From: Takakia lepidozioides
Lineage: Eukaryota > Plantae > Bryophyta
Direction of reading: 5' to 3'
Length of the DNA stretch: 64,000 nucleotides
NCBI GenBank assembly: GCA_030704615.1
Contig: CM060732.1
Location: forward strand, 56,606,001-56,670,000
The position numbers were made by a program, and so were the translations under genes. The notes under the pieces are model-generated. The model saw only the letters and a list, made by a program, of their open reading frames with translations. It was not told the DNA's origin and made no database searches. Below are positions 27,580 to 42,189 of this stretch, one piece after another. How positions within the stretch are numbered: the stretch's first letter is position 1; the number at the start of each line of letters is the position of its first letter.

Positions 27580-30500
27580 CGTGGGAAAAAATAAATAAAC
27601 AAAACCATGCTGCCTACGCTGCTATCTCCTCCTCCTGCACTGGTTCGGCCTCCCCCATGGGCTGAGGCGCTGCTCCCTTTCCGCGCTGATGTTGGAATTC
27701 CATCTCAGTGCCAGAGATCCACTTCATCCCTACATCTACTCTGCCCCTCTCGGGCCTTTTGAATGTTACATGGGCGTTCCCGAGGACGGGCATTTCGGGG
27801 ACTTGGTTTCAGAGACCAATTCCTTGACCATTATAAACTTCTGCTCATTCTCCACCCTCCTTCTCTGTCCAGACTACAAGCAGGCTATTTACCTACGAAT
27901 ATCCAGAGTCAATTGTCTGCCCTACAAGTCTACATGTCTGCAAAAGGTGTGAAACAAAGAGATGTTGCAAAACTCTCGTTGAAATGACAAAGAGAAATCA
28001 AACACTAAATTGCATTAACAAATTGCAACCCTAAACATCTAAATTGCACAAACAAAGCATATCTTGACCGTCTTCCTCAACCCAGTATCATCAGGGACCT
28101 GCAAACTGCAATCTGCAAACCAATTAGAGCTTTAAAAAGCTTTACAGAATGCCCAGCAATTTTTCCTCCACACCAGTCTGATCGTACTTACTTTTCGCTA
28201 CCCTAGATATGGGGCAAAGTTGAACACTGTAACTGCACTCAGGTGCGCGCCAAATAGCACTCAATGTACAAACATCTAAGCGGAGCCTCATTAGTCTCTC
28301 ACTCCACCCCTAGACCCGCTCTCTCCCATTTCTTCAATTGTCTGTTTTATTATTATTATTTCATAAATTTGTTTATGAATGTTGTGTTGTTTCTTTTCAA
28401 CATGGTCAAAATATTTGATATAACTAATGGGGATTCACAAATCATTTTCATATTAAAAAAAACGATATATATATACTCAAAAAATACAGAACCGGAACCG
28501 GCGGATCCTTCCCAAAAAATACCCGGAACCCGAACCGGCATCTGCTCATGAATTTTGGAACCGGAACTGGAACCGGATCATAAAAAAGAACCGGATCCGG
28601 AACCGCCTCAAGGAACCGGAACCGGCGGTTCCTTCAATATGGCAAGAACCGCACAACACTAACCTCAGCAAGAGGCCTATTTCCTTCTCTTTTGTTTGTC
28701 TCCGCTGGACTGTTTCTCCGGTGCATTGTGTTTTTTCGTTCCGCTTTGTATCCCTACTGCTCTGGTGGTTATTTTTGCCATTATTCTTAATTTATTGTTG
28801 CGTCCTTTAAGAATAAAAAATAATTACATTAAATTTGATCAAAGTACAACATTGAGCAAAGTGATTGGGCGAATCAGACAAATGTTTTTTATCCTGCCCA
28901 TGGATACCAAATGACCTAATTTGTTTTTCTTTATTTTTAAAGAGAACAGGGGACAGTGGCCCTGGAAATTGTTTTTAAGGTAAGTAGAAATAACCTTACA
29001 AGAGCCATGAAGGCAGAGGAGTGAGGTAAATAAAATAAGATGAACGATGAATGAAAAGTTATTATGGATACTAAACCGTACGTCAGACCACAACAACACA
29101 CACAACGTACAACGTTTACTTTTACTTTTACTTTATTAAGATTATTCTGTTTCTGATAGACAAGGAAGCCCTTAAGGCACCGACTCAAAAGAGGGCATTC
29201 AAAAACAAGAATCCAGGGCCTCTGTTCCCTTTAAAAAAATAAAAAAAATAAAAAAAAAGAATAGTGCCAAGCAGTGTTTTCTTTTCATTAATCGCAGGTA
29301 GGGCACATATGAAATTCTACCCGATGCCCACGTGGCGGAAATAACGAGGTGGCAGGGTTAGAAGAGTGGCTATATACCAGGTGGCATTTTTAAACTGGTC
29401 CATATCAGCAAAATCCGGCTCCTGATGGCGGATTTTACTTCCAATAACGTGCAAGTAGCTTACCCCATTTTCCAGGTCGAAATCTGGCGATTTTCACCAA
29501 GAAAAAAAAATACTGCCAAGCCTGTACAAGTTGCAATCCAGATATGCTTCAATGTTGTGCTCAGGGTTGATTGTTGATTCCACCTCAATTCCAAGGCAAA
29601 TCTCAACCCTGATATATATATGTGTATACGCTTAGGAAGTGGCTCTTAGTTACGCCGGTTTTGGCCGGAGTCCGGAGCTCAAAACATGCAATATCCACCT
29701 CCGTTAGGAACCGCCAGATATGAAGAGCAGAGATAACCGGTTGTAGAACGGGTTCTTGTGTATTTTCTTGGTGTTTGATTTGATCCGGAAGTGTGGGCCA
29801 AAATATGCATGTTCTCAAATCCTTTTATCCGGGTTTTAGGCCCGGAGGTCAGATTCCGGATGATCATGGGTTGTTGGGTTCACTGAGGTGGTATGAGTAT
29901 TTAGGAGTCTTTTTGGGCCACAATTTTCATTCCAGAAGGTGGAAGAAGGAGCATTTATCATATGTTAGATTTTTTAGCATAGATATTTTTCTTTTTTTAT
30001 TAAAACTTAGAGGCTTGATTGATGACCTAATATTGAACCACTAGAGGCCATTTTTCATAGGCTTACAAGTGTAGTATTTGCTGCCAACCAGAAACACCAA
30101 ACTTAACTGCGGAACCTGACCTAATTTTTGCTTCATTGAGAGCGGGTTATATTAGTTTGTAAGCACCGGGCAGGCGTGGAGCGGATGTGGTGAGGAGGGT
30201 GGGACAGCACCGTGGCACGGAAGGGCCCAATAGCCTCTTGTGTCGTTGTAGGTTGCTTGTGGCCCCTCTTTGTTTCTTGTTTCTTTCTTCCTCTTGTCCC
30301 ATATGCTCTTTGAGCTTGTCCTTTAAAGTACCATTTCATTTCATTCCTTTCCTTTGGTTTTTCGGGGCTCGTTTAACCTTCTGCTTAGAGTCCCAAGGCA
30401 TAAAGCTGGAGGAAAATCCTTGTCACTGAGAGAGAGCTTGAGGGGGAGGGCAAGGAAAGAGAGAGAGGACATGGGGTCCAACAGACAGAAGGGAACATTA

Positions 30501-32230
30501 GCAGGGGGGGAGAAGGAGGAAAGGTGGGCAGGTAGCAGTAGATCTGCTAGAACACCCTCCTAGACTGCTTCTTTCTAATCATCTGGTTGACAGTCATGAA
30601 TACCAGAGTACAATACACTGGTGAGTTTGGATCATAGTTTGAGCTCTTCTTGCATATATCTGTGTTCACAAGTGAGGGCTCCACTACCTAGTATCTTTGT
30701 GACCCATAACCTCAAATCCAGTTAGAACAGGGGGCATAGCCCAGGTCCTGACCTTCCAGATTTCCACTGAAAAGCTCTCTAGCAAAACACTATTTGATGT
30801 GCAGAAGGGTCAGAGTGTGTGAGAAGGAGAGGGAGGAGAGAAACAGAAAGAGAGCTGACATAGTTGGCTTGATAGAGCCTTCATAGAATTGAACAAAACA
30901 GTAGGATCAGTGAGCAATCAGTGGTCAGCAAGTGCATTTGCATCTTCCTGACTGCACCAAACAAAAACCCAAAAAAATATTAACATTATGCCTATCAGAA
31001 GGGACTATTAATGTACAAGTTGACCAGATGACTGTCTTCTCAAGCATGGATTGACCACAACTATTCCTAATTGACTTCCCCTTGTCTCTGTCTCTGTAAG
31101 TCTTCTTGAGACCTGTGGTTGGTGTTCACAAGAAACAAACTTTCGACTAAATGTGAACATGTCATGTCATGACGTGGCACTGGCTTCCCAATTCAGACTA
31201 CAACAAGAGTTTTGTCAATAAACATGCATGCATTAGAGTAAGTTCCCTGATCTGAAACAAGCAGATGCCATAGCTTTGAGGCAAGCCCCAGCGAGGTGTG
31301 GATCCTCCTTGACAATGTTAGTGTGAGAGAAGAAGAAGCAGAAATTCATGAAATTCTTATAAAGCCCGATGGTACAGTAGAACAACACAGGAACTACAGA
31401 CAACCAGAGAAAGAGAAAATAAGGGAAAAAGAAATTTATTGAAGTCTGGGGAGGACAAAATGGCCCATGGGAGAGGAAAGATGGGAGACATGTCTAACAA
31501 GAGTGAACAAGAAAGTGATCAACCTCCAGAACTTGGAAAGAGAGAACAGGAGAGAGAGATTAGTACAACATTAGAAATAAGATATATCGTAGTATGATTA
31601 TACCTTCCCTAGATTACTCTGTTTGGAGGCTACCCCTAACCCTAAACTCCTCAAGAAATTTTCACCTTGAATGGAAGAAGCATGTGTTCACGATATATTC
31701 TCACAAGACTGAATTCCTCGTGGAGGTACAAGAATGGTCTGAGCTTCAACGACCCCACGGGTCCCCTCCCCGTTGCTAAGTGGAAGTGAGAATCTTGGAG
31801 TCTGCTCAAAAGGGACTCATCGTGCATTTACCCACCTACGGGCCTTTGAAAGGCCGAAAAGAAGAACGGAACAAATTCCATGTTTCATGTGTCTTCCAGG
31901 ACCTGCCAGTTTGGAAACGAAAGAATGATCGAGCTGCTGACTGAACGCAGGACTTTGAAGGGTCATGGGCATAAGGCTTGCTCAGAATTTGTTTCGACAA
32001 GTAATTCATGGATTCTCGAAAGTAGGACGAAAGACAAATCATCTCAGGTACATGTACAGAACCTTCTGCCGGAGAAGGTTCGACATAGTTCCCCTTCTGC
32101 ATTATATCCAATATCCATGAGTTTTCACCTTGCCATGATTTCAGATGGCCCCGCTAAAAATCGTGGTCTGCTCCTCAAAAAATGCCCTCCCTGCGTGATC
32201 CATAGCCATTGCTCAAATTTGGCCATGCAT

Positions 32231-35076
32231 TCAAAGTGCTCCCACCATATGCACAACGAATGCCGTGGCTACCATTGCGGTGGCCACCAAATACTGCTGG
32301 GCTTGGGATGGCCTTGCACCCACCACCGGCCCCCCGTTGCTCGGCGGGCTCGGCCCTGTTGATGTGGAGCTATTCGATCCTCCCGCTTGCCTGTCATATC
32401 TGGAATCGTTAGTCTAGACTGCATCTATCAACGAGGGATCACTTCGTAGAAACTTATCTGGATTCGACATTTTGAATGACCTCGCCAATTGGATATTCAT
32501 CTTGTAGCACCGAGCTGCCAGTATCCAAAAAATCTCTTGATTATGCTTGCAATCAGATCAAGTGAGACAAGGAAGAGAAGAGTAGTTAACCTGATCTCGG
32601 ACATTAACTGCAGGCACGATGATTTTCAGAAAACATTCAAGTTCGTGAAGCTTCACTTTCCAAGCAGTGGAACCCGCAAAGTGAAGTAGATAAGTCACAA
32701 AAAACTTACACGGTGGCACAGTCGGCTGAAGCAAATCCAACCTGCTGCTTCACTAAGTCATACACCAGCTGATGGTCTTGCTGAAAAATGTTGCCAATGA
32801 TGCTGAACTCACTATTACTGCTGGTCATAGCTAGGCACAAGGCCCCCGAAGTCTCCACAAATGTGTTGGAAGGAGATGCCGTGTAGTCAACATTGTCGAA
32901 GTGCACCACCATAATTGGCACACTGACACTGGATACTTGAGAAATGTCGAAGCATAAGTCTAGTCCAAGGGAATTAACTGCAACCGTCGGGTAGCTGATT
33001 TGGTTCAAGTAGGCCTGAAGTCACAGCATTGACACCTTTAAAAGCGCAACACTAGTGAAGGTCTCCTACACAGCGACGTGGATCAATCGCCTTGTACGCT
33101 GTCTTCATCCAATTTCTGAGAGATTTATACCCTCTTTGCAAAGATCCACTCCACTACTAACAATTGTGTGTGTTCGTGCAATGATCTCTCGGCGAGACAG
33201 AAAAAAACACTACTAATTTGAAGTTCGGATGCATGAGTCTTCCTCACTGGCAGAGCATCTCGTTCTTTGAGTTTCTTCGATTTAAAGCAACAATGCTAAT
33301 TTTAACCGATCGTGAGGCACACAGTCAAAGCTGATCCCACGAGGATTCGTGATGAGGCCAGTGACGGAGCAGACACAGCCTCGTGGACCTGAAGCTTGGG
33401 ATTAAGCAACTTAATGGTCAGGAGCCCGGTATCATCTTACCTGCTTGATGATGGCATATGCCTCCTGGTTCCAGTTGGTGATCGTCGTCCCGGAGTCAAG
33501 GATGACGCCTCCATGGCCTGTGGAACCGATGTCGAAAGTCCCTGCTGAGATGCTGAGCTTTTGACCGCCCACACTGATACCAGTGACACCCACATAGTAG
33601 TATGTTGAGACTTTGGGATTTGTAAGGAGGGGAGTGTATTGGACACCTGAAGCTCGTGCAGCATCTCCAAGGAACAAGGGACTTGTCTTGTTAGCCGTTG
33701 CGTTCACCAAGCAGTAAGAGAATATGGCTGTGACTTTAGAATTGAGCTGAGAGGGCAGAGAAACATTTCCCCTGCCAAAACCCGCGATCCCGCCTGCACT
33801 ATCTGTAAACGACCCCAAGTCGTCGTCACTACAACCAAAGGCAAAATTGGGGATACTAGTTTCCACTCCAGTCGTGCTGCTGAGGGTGAGTGTGTCATAA
33901 GCAAGTGTACCGGTGGTGTTGGAACCGTCTCCGTAAGAGTATAGGTACTGGCAACCGGAGTTTGCGCAAGTATCGTTTAAAAGGTTCTGGGGACAAGCAG
34001 TGTACATGACAAATCTGTCGAATTAAGTACGTACGCAAGTATATGATCGACAGATTCAAACTTGTGTACTAGTTAGCATAATATGATCCCGGCACATGTC
34101 GAGAACAGGCCACATCCCCTCTGTGAAATTTCCTCGAGCGGACCATCTGGAGGCATGACTCTCCGAACATGTACTGAATTTCTCTACTGAATTTCAAAAT
34201 TGATCGAGTTCTAGACTGCAAACCTAGGTAGACAATATAGATAAGTACCAAGGATACAGAGGAGTACTGCAGGTGCTTGCTAAGGCAAGTTGTACAAATC
34301 AGACTCGTCACTCTTGCCTGTGCAGGAAGGATAATGGTTGAAGAAATGTCTTCACCTGGGTGTTGCACAAGGGGTTGGTGCAACCAATGGACTTGTATGT
34401 TGACGATTTCTTGGGATCAAACAAGGCGCCACTTTGATTGTAGCAATGTATGCAAGGCAAACACTGAAGCCACACCAGATCACTTGCAGTATCCAGAATT
34501 GCTGAGAATTTCTGTTGGGGCGTCCCAAGTGAAATCTCCAAAAGATACTCTGTTTGATCCGCGGCAGGGTACGTTGGAGTCTCTAGACCATTCGCCGCAG
34601 CTTTGATGCTGCGTGAAATGTAATCGCTCCGTTGCAAACTCCTCTTCACAGACGCAACCAACCTTTCAGTGAATGGTCTGGGTGTGGATGAGCTTAGTGG
34701 CGACAACGGGTGGTCTCTGTGCATCACCTCACCTCTAATCAGTGCCTGCAACACTCCAAAGACAATTTAGCGACATACTTGAGACATAGCTCTAGATCAG
34801 GGAAGACTTCTATCTAGTTGGGGGGTGGCAATATGGTGAAGCCTGTACTCGAAGACCACAAAAATCTCTTTACAAAAGCCACAATCTGAAATTTATTTTC
34901 ATCGTAAGATCACATACGGGCTCGGTGCCTGCTTTGAATTTGGTCTCGTGGTGGATAAAGTCCCTCCTTGTATTGTCAAGCGCTTTAGATCCCATAACTA
35001 TTCTAACACAATCATTTCGAATTACTAAGATTGCAAGTAAGATCGGAAAGAGTACAGCTCCTTTAGGCTCTGCCAT
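32231..35076 (-). CDS. Nepenthesin/CDR1-like aspartic protease; exons 35076-34918, 34745-34356, 33986-33441, 33014-32710, plus probable tail exon 32399-32231 (522 aa; 467 aa if it stops at 32706)
   Basis: Signal peptide, HRDHP pro-region, DTAS and DSGT catalytic motifs, WLQCLPC, YGDGS, FGC and IIGNIFQQ. All splice phases are consistent. Confidence 0.92.
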
Positions 35077-37553
35077 CTCTCTCTCTCTCTCACTCTCTTT
35101 CTCTCTCTCTCGGATTGGACTCTGTTCCTTGTAATTCTTCAAAATTGTCCAATAAGGAATCTCGTGGCTCTATCTCTATCCCTCATGGAGGCTCTATGCT
35201 TCCCGATGGACGCTACCTTGTCTCTCTAGGCGACTTAACACGACCGGTTTCTCTCTCTCCCTCCCTCTCCTCTGCTACACGAAGTCGTAACAGGAACCCG
35301 AGTAGAAATGTCCCTTCTCTTGTTTTGACCAAAAAGTCCCGAGACAGGAAAGTACTGGACGTGTAGTGACCTCAGAGAGTAGATTTGTCCCTCACCCATT
35401 ACAGCCTACAGGGAAGCAAAATTCGTGCCAGCACTACATGTGTGTGCAGCGACAAGTTCAGAGTGGGCCATTCCTTGCGGTATATCCCACATGCTGACAC
35501 CTGCAATCCAACCGATCCAACAAGCCTCCCGTGTATATTACAGCCTAGACTCTAGAGTCCACATATCACAGTATACATATACTCCACATATACCAGACAG
35601 TATGCAATCCCTCCATGAGTAGTACCCACTCTGTCTGATGAGGAGCCCCCACCCTGCAGCGTCTTGGAAGCAACCCTACGTGGCCCATGATCAGCTCTCC
35701 CCTTCTCTGCACTCTGGAAAGTCGTGCCCCTGATTCCATGCCACCCCCCCCCCCCCGTCATCTGCACACGCCGACTGTGCTTTCTGTTTTAGAAACTGTG
35801 ACTTGCTTGCTCTTATCAACACTATACTTACGAACTACAAACCTTCCGAGCTTCCTAATTGCCTTCACAACGTGCCACCCTCTCACCTCGTATCCATTTG
35901 TCAGCCTATCACTTGTAACATCTTATTACTCTACGATTGTTCACACAGGGTTTTACCGAAGTACCAGGAGGCACAGTAACATAGGCTACCTTTGCTACAC
36001 TTATAGTCCGCGTGGCTAAAAGTAGCCGCATCAATCATGGTAGTTTGAACACCTGGCAGGGTGTGACATTTGCCACGTGTTCTAGCGTGACGTGGGGCAA
36101 TGGAGCTTGGCGACTCTGTGCATGTGATCTCGAACGGGTGGCTATTGTCAAGAATGTTTGATGAGTTTTATGCGAACTCAACTCATGTAGTGTTCTGTTT
36201 GTGGGAGTGACAAGGGAGGTAATTTTTTCTAAGTAACAACGACATTGCGTATTGCAAAGCTTAGCACAACTCTGTCACATGGATACAATCCATTGACAAA
36301 TATGACTAATCTTGTCCAAGATCAGCAACTCTGCTCAAAGCCTCATGTGCCTGTGCAAGTCTGTTTAAATGGAGGTGCATGCCATGGATACTAGGCGGGT
36401 AAGCGAAACCTAAATGAGAGTTCCCTCCATAGCTCGACCCCTTGGCGAAAGCGGGAAGAGTTTGAACCTAAGGCTTTGCTCCTTGCGCTAGTTAGGGGGG
36501 TAGGGTTTCTAAAAATGGATACGCAAGATCATCTGGATCTGATCTAACGAACCCAAATGGCATGTGGCTCTGTGCGACAGTTGTTGCGACAGTTGTACAG
36601 GCGGCGTCCTCATTGCAGCGACATGATGGCATTAGGGAGGGCAGTAATGCGAAATAGTGCCATATTTTAACCCATAATTCCTTTGTAAATTTCGTGAGGC
36701 CAATTTCTGGATCGAAAAGTGGCGAAATTTTGCGCATAAAAAAAACGCTGGAGATCTAACAGATATCAAGATATATGACTTAAATTAGAAATGTATCGCT
36801 TATGCAAGGCATAGCCTACAAATTGTAACACGTACATATTATAGCAACTTTATTCGTGTTACACATCCCTGAACTGAGAGTAATGAATTCACGATGTACC
36901 TATGAACCCGGGTGTTTCCATTTTCTAAAGTTAAAGAAGAGTTATTTTATTTTATTTTATTTTATTTTTAGCGGAAAGTGGGACCGAGGAAACTAGCCAA
37001 ATAATAGTCAATGGTTGCAGTAACAAAAAGTAATTAGCACCCACGTACCTGGTCTTACCCTAGGAACAAAGACAATTATGGGTATGTTGACTTGTATAGT
37101 ACTTTGGCAAATAAAACGTGTCGTTCCTATTAGGTATTGTCTCCATGGCATACTGTTATCAGAAATCTGGAAATAAAATAACCATGAAATATCCATAAGA
37201 AATACCTGGTTGCAGCATTGGGCGCATGGGGTTTCACACCGACCATACGTTCGCTTTCTGTGAACCAAGTCTGTTTTTTTTTTTTTTTTTTTTTTTCCGA
37301 TTTGTTTTCTTTTTTACTGAAAAGGGAAAGTCTGTTGGAATTTCAATTTATTGGCCCATAGGTCAAACAACTTATCTCTAAATTTATAAACTCATTAAAA
37401 CAAAATTACGTTATTCAAAATCCTCCAAACCCACCTTTAGTTCATACTTCATACAAACTAGATATGGGTCCCTTAACTAGTGATCGACGCTGCCGGCCAA
37501 CACATGGGCGGGCTGCCATATAAGTTAGTTGAAATATACAGGGCATGATGTAA

Positions 37554-37846
37554 GAGCATCTCCACCGGGGGTACACCAAACAACCCTGACGGTAACTTCT
37601 TGCGGCCTCCAACACTCCCCTCCACATGTCTTTTTGGCTGACATGCTTGCTTCGGAGGGACCACCTGGAGTGACTCCGCCTCACCCTCGCACCATAAATG
37701 GAGGTAGTCCTGTTTATAGTCTCTCCAGCAGGTACCGGCCTGGTCTGGTGGGCCTCTATCTTGCACGAAAGTACGGGCCCACGGGTGCGGATACCATGGC
37801 CGGCCGGGGGCTCCAGGGGCATTTAGGGACCCCGGTGGAGATGCTC
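37554..37846. mobile_element. Tourist-like (PIF/Harbinger) MITE, ~293 bp
   Basis: Perfect TIRs GAGCATCTCCACCGGGG and CCCCGGTGGAGATGCTC. The left flank is TAA and the right flank TGG, so the TSD is imperfect. Confidence 0.8.
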
Positions 37847-39787
37847 TGGTAAGTAGAATTGTACCCAACATACTCTTTTCTTTTCTTTTTCTTTTTTTTT
37901 AAAGCTCAGACTAGCTTAATCAGATAGGTCAACAAAATTTAGCGTTGTATTGGAGTTTTATTAATTGAATATGACGATTTCATATTAGAATAGCACCAAA
38001 TTTGACCAATCAAATCACACCACAATCGCTTGAAACATTATTGTCGGAATTTGATTTATCTGAACCACCCACCTGCCCAAATGGAACTGCCCGCTCCTAC
38101 TAATACTACTGTTTCGGTTAGTCCTAGTTAGATTTTAACTATCATACAATACATTCCTGGACTTCGATCCTCTGGAAGCTTTTCACAACGATCCAGCCAG
38201 TGAAGTGAAGAGAGGGAGATGACCGAGAGTAGCGTGTGATTAACAAGGACCATTGCAGAGTTTGTTGCAGATATCGAGCTCCGTTTTCCAAAAGACTGGT
38301 CCAAACATTCACATTAATAGGTGATCTGCGCAGGTGTCATAATGGCTCCAGATTGCGAGAATTTAATATCCATTCCCAAATGCTCTCAGTATTTCCAAGG
38401 TTTTGTTACAGGATTACAATTTCTGATTGACATAATTCCCCTCTCCGGACCATTCAAATGGACATTCTTCGATGACGATTCATTTAGTTCTCGAGGTTTT
38501 TATCTAGCTAGCAGAGAGCTAGCATTCACCAGTTTGTTTTGAGGCACATTAAGACTTGAGATGGAGTTTTGGTAAATTCATCCATTTAGTAATGTCATAT
38601 TCGTGAAGGGGAGCTGCTTCCTCAATACCTGCCAAATCTCTAATGTATTCCAAGAGACATGCATGGCGGCAGCTAAACCTGCTAAAGGGTAGACAAGATT
38701 GTGCGAAGAGAGGGCAACCCATATATAGTTTTTCATACGCTACCGGGTTTGGTTGCTGACGATCAATTGTGCTATCATGATGTCCCTAGAGATGCATTTT
38801 AAAGCCAACTGCTGCTAAAAGACCCTTGGCGGAGTACTAGCTTACATGCATGATAAAGACTTTTAATTTTAAAAGCCAAGTTCCTGAAATCAAGGTTCCC
38901 AGAAGATCTAGTCTGTTCTTCGAAAGGGGCCTCAAGGAGCTATGTTTCAACCTTCAAACGCTACATTCCCTGATAAGAGACTCACTCATGTCTCCACCAT
39001 CAGAAGCTGGGGGTCATATGCTCGTCGGCGGTCCTCTTATACAGCCCATGGGAACCACCACCATTCGACCTGCCTACAAACTTTGCGTTCAGGTCTGTTT
39101 GCTTGCACATGAATCTGCGAGCAGGGTTTTCTAAATATGAGTATAGTATCCACGGAAAGCATTTTGGGATGATTCGTGATCTCCCTCCCTCAAGTACTAC
39201 GTACATAGATACTAGGCACACCCGAATAATAAAAGAAGTTGCTTAGACTTATTGGAGTCAAGGGTCTTGAGCTGAGCCAAAAAATCCTTTATGTGTTGGC
39301 CCCATGTCATAAAGACGACAGTCAAGGTCGTTGTCTGGACGTATCTTTGTCTTGGACACGGGATCGATCTGGTGGCTCTATATTGTAGGGCACCTAGCAA
39401 GGAGATACTTTCTCGGTATCATTTAACAGATGTTGGTACAATTTTGTACACATTCTACCAAAGCCTCTTGATACCCCATGAGAAAAGATGAAAAAAGAAC
39501 TGCGCACCATGGTTTTCACTGCAATCATTTTGCCTACTTTTAAGTCTAATATCTCAGGACTATGAAGTATTGTGTTTGCCTCACATCTCCCTCCCATAGA
39601 CATCAATACATCACTACCTCCAGCTGGATGTCAGTATTCTACAGGTCTAACTAAAAAGCCTCATTTCCTCATGTAGGGAGGTATTTCACCAACAAACCTA
39701 GAGAGTTTACATTGCACTCATGACGCAATACAAGCCACGCTGCTGATAAAAGAACCTCCATGGGCCCAGAAAAGATTTTTTCTCCCC

Positions 39788-42189
39788 TCAATGCAAAGTA
39801 GTACAGTCGACGGCCTTGAATCCGACCTGTTCCTTGATATTGTCATATACGACAAGGTGATCTTGTTGTTGGATATTACCAATGATGCCAACATTGAAGC
39901 CGCCGTCTGCCATAGCCAAACAAAGGACGTCGGTGGCTATGGGGATCCAGGTGTTCTCTTGAGGCGAGAACAAATCAAATCCGTCGAAGTGCATCACTAG
40001 ATTTGGAAATGTAGCGTTTGCGATACCAGAAACATCTACACATAGATCGATTCCGTAGATATCGTTGGAGTTAAGTATCACTGGATAGGTATTCGCTGAC
40101 TGGAATATCTGTATGTACAGCATGATGGCAACACTATGAGCTTGAAGGGTGAAATACTTGCAGTGGGACAACTACCTCATGATATATCTTTGTGTTTTAA
40201 TTCATCTTTATATTAAGTCGTCTCTTTAAATCAATTTTGATCTCAATAGTTCCTTCAGTATCTAATATTGAGACTGGCTTTGCTAAAACCTCGAACGTCG
40301 ATGTTTTAGGAGATCATCATTGCAAGAAACCGCTTGTTATGTATGATCGACATGACAACCTCACCAAATATGTTAAACACTTCCATCCCAGACTGCTCAA
40401 GTTAAAGAGCATCAGACGATTGCTTTGACTATATCTTTCAAGCCTTAATGAATATTATGCCTCCCTTAGCGACTAAAATTCAAGCTTGGTAGCTAGGCTA
40501 TACTTATCTACAAATGTGAACAAATCCGACGATGTAAATAAGCTGGAACCTTCGGCCTTATCGATTATCTACTGATGAAGGAAAGTCATTGTAACATAGA
40601 TAGTATATAGTTCGCTCAGCATACCTCCGAGACGAGGAGATAAACATCATGAGTCAAATATGTCAAGGTTGTTCCTGAATCGAGGATGGTCCCTCCGCTA
40701 CCATCAGGTTGGATTGTAAACAAGCTTTCGTTAAGGTTCAATAGTTTCCCATCAATACTGATGCCTTTGATACCCACATAATAAAACGTTGGGTTGACTG
40801 GGTTTGAAAGGAGTGGAGTGTAGGCAATCCCTGTAACATTAGTCGATACTGCATCTCCAAGGATTATTGGACTGGTCACACTGGCGGCATTTTGCAAATT
40901 CACCAAGCAATAAGACAACTTGTTGGTAATGTTTGTAGAAGCGAGCTGAGAGGGCAGGGAATTCGGGCCTTTTCCCATACCCACAAGCCCACCTGCTCCA
41001 AGAAAATCACCTTGTTGGCTTTGACCACATCCAAAGGCAATCTTGGGAATGTGAGAGTGCCCTCTTTTGGTCCTGCTCAGTGTGACTGTCTCATAGGAAA
41101 AGTCGCCCTGGGTGCCGGACCCGTCTCCATATTGATACACATACTCGCAGGTCTTTTGTTTGCTGCAACGTACTTTGGGAAGTGCCTAGGACATACAATT
41201 CCAACAAACATATATTTTTGTTAATATAACTCTACGCCCACTCATAGGACAATTCTGTGTCTACATATGACTTTTCAAGATACTAAGGAAACGGAGATGA
41301 GTTTGGTCAACCATCTTCAATGAGTCTCTTAAACTCAGTTTTCAGAGAAATGATCAATAGAAGATTGAATAGCTTATAAACCGCATCTCAAACTAACATG
41401 AAGTTGGAAACATGAGCTTGGGGTCTTGTAGGCAATAGGTACCGTGCACAAAGAGTTGGCGCATGACACTTTGCTGTATGTTTTTGATTTCAAAGGGTCA
41501 AAAAATGGCTCGGTTTGGTTGTAGCAACTTTTGCAAGGTAGACACTGAACCCACACCAAATCGCTTCCAGTATCTACAATTGCCCAAAATTTTTGCTGAG
41601 GCGTGCCGATGGAGATTTCCATCAGATACTCTCCATTATCAGCTGAGACAGGGCTCTTCAGACCTCTTGGTGCATGGGTGTGTTTGGCAATTTGCCAATG
41701 ACGAGTATGGCTCCGCTCCACAGCCGCACGAGACCGCTCGTACAAGCTTCGGGGTGTTGATGCGCGGGACAAGGACACGTGGTCTCGGTGATACAGCTGG
41801 TTCATAACCCCGATTGAAAATTCCTGTGCTCAACAGATACAACGTATTGAAACGGATGTATCACACCAAATCAGCGAGCATGATTACATAATTGTTCACA
41901 GCTTCCAATTCATCTGAACATTAAAGCTGTAAAGCAAAAAGAATAATCAGCTTGATAAGATAACAATGTGAGGCCTAGCTAGCTCTGAATCTACTGATCT
42001 CTCCCACGTGATATGAAATATGGAAGAACCACAAAAACCCCAGGAGAGCCATTGCTCTTGTGATTATTCAAAACCAGATGGGAGTCTCACCTGAGCACTC
42101 ACACCTGCAAGACCACATTGTGCTACTAGAGTCACCAATACCACTATTACCAATATAGTTCCATTCATCTCTTTCATATCTAGTCTCAT
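39788..42189 (-). CDS. Nepenthesin/CDR1-like aspartic protease, ~453 aa; exons 42189-42091, 41823-41443, 41185-40625, 40108-39788
   Basis: Signal peptide, DTGS and DSGT motifs, WVQCLPC and IIGNIQQQ. Three phase-0 introns sit at the same positions as in the neighbouring paralogue. The start ATG could be 42177 or 42168. Confidence 0.93.

Larger units (their letters stand above)
22113..28661 (-). mobile_element. hAT-family DNA transposon (~6.5 kb) with captured gene fragments
   Basis: Imperfect TIRs caatgttgtgcgg and ccgcacaacacta, dense GGAACCGG/CCGGTTCC subterminal repeats at both ends, and an internal hAT transposase. No matching 8-bp TSD was found. Confidence 0.85.

Noticed and set aside
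22105-28669. 8-bp TSD for the large hAT element
   Set aside because: The flanks gtagtaac and acctcagc do not match.
28921-29611. Possible small MITEs (loose inverted repeat 28921-29260; cagggttga/tcaaccctg 29562-29611)
   Set aside because: The repeats are short or degenerate and lack TSDs.
30100-31900. miRNA precursor or additional gene
   Set aside because: No conserved mature miRNA, clear hairpin or coding signal was seen.
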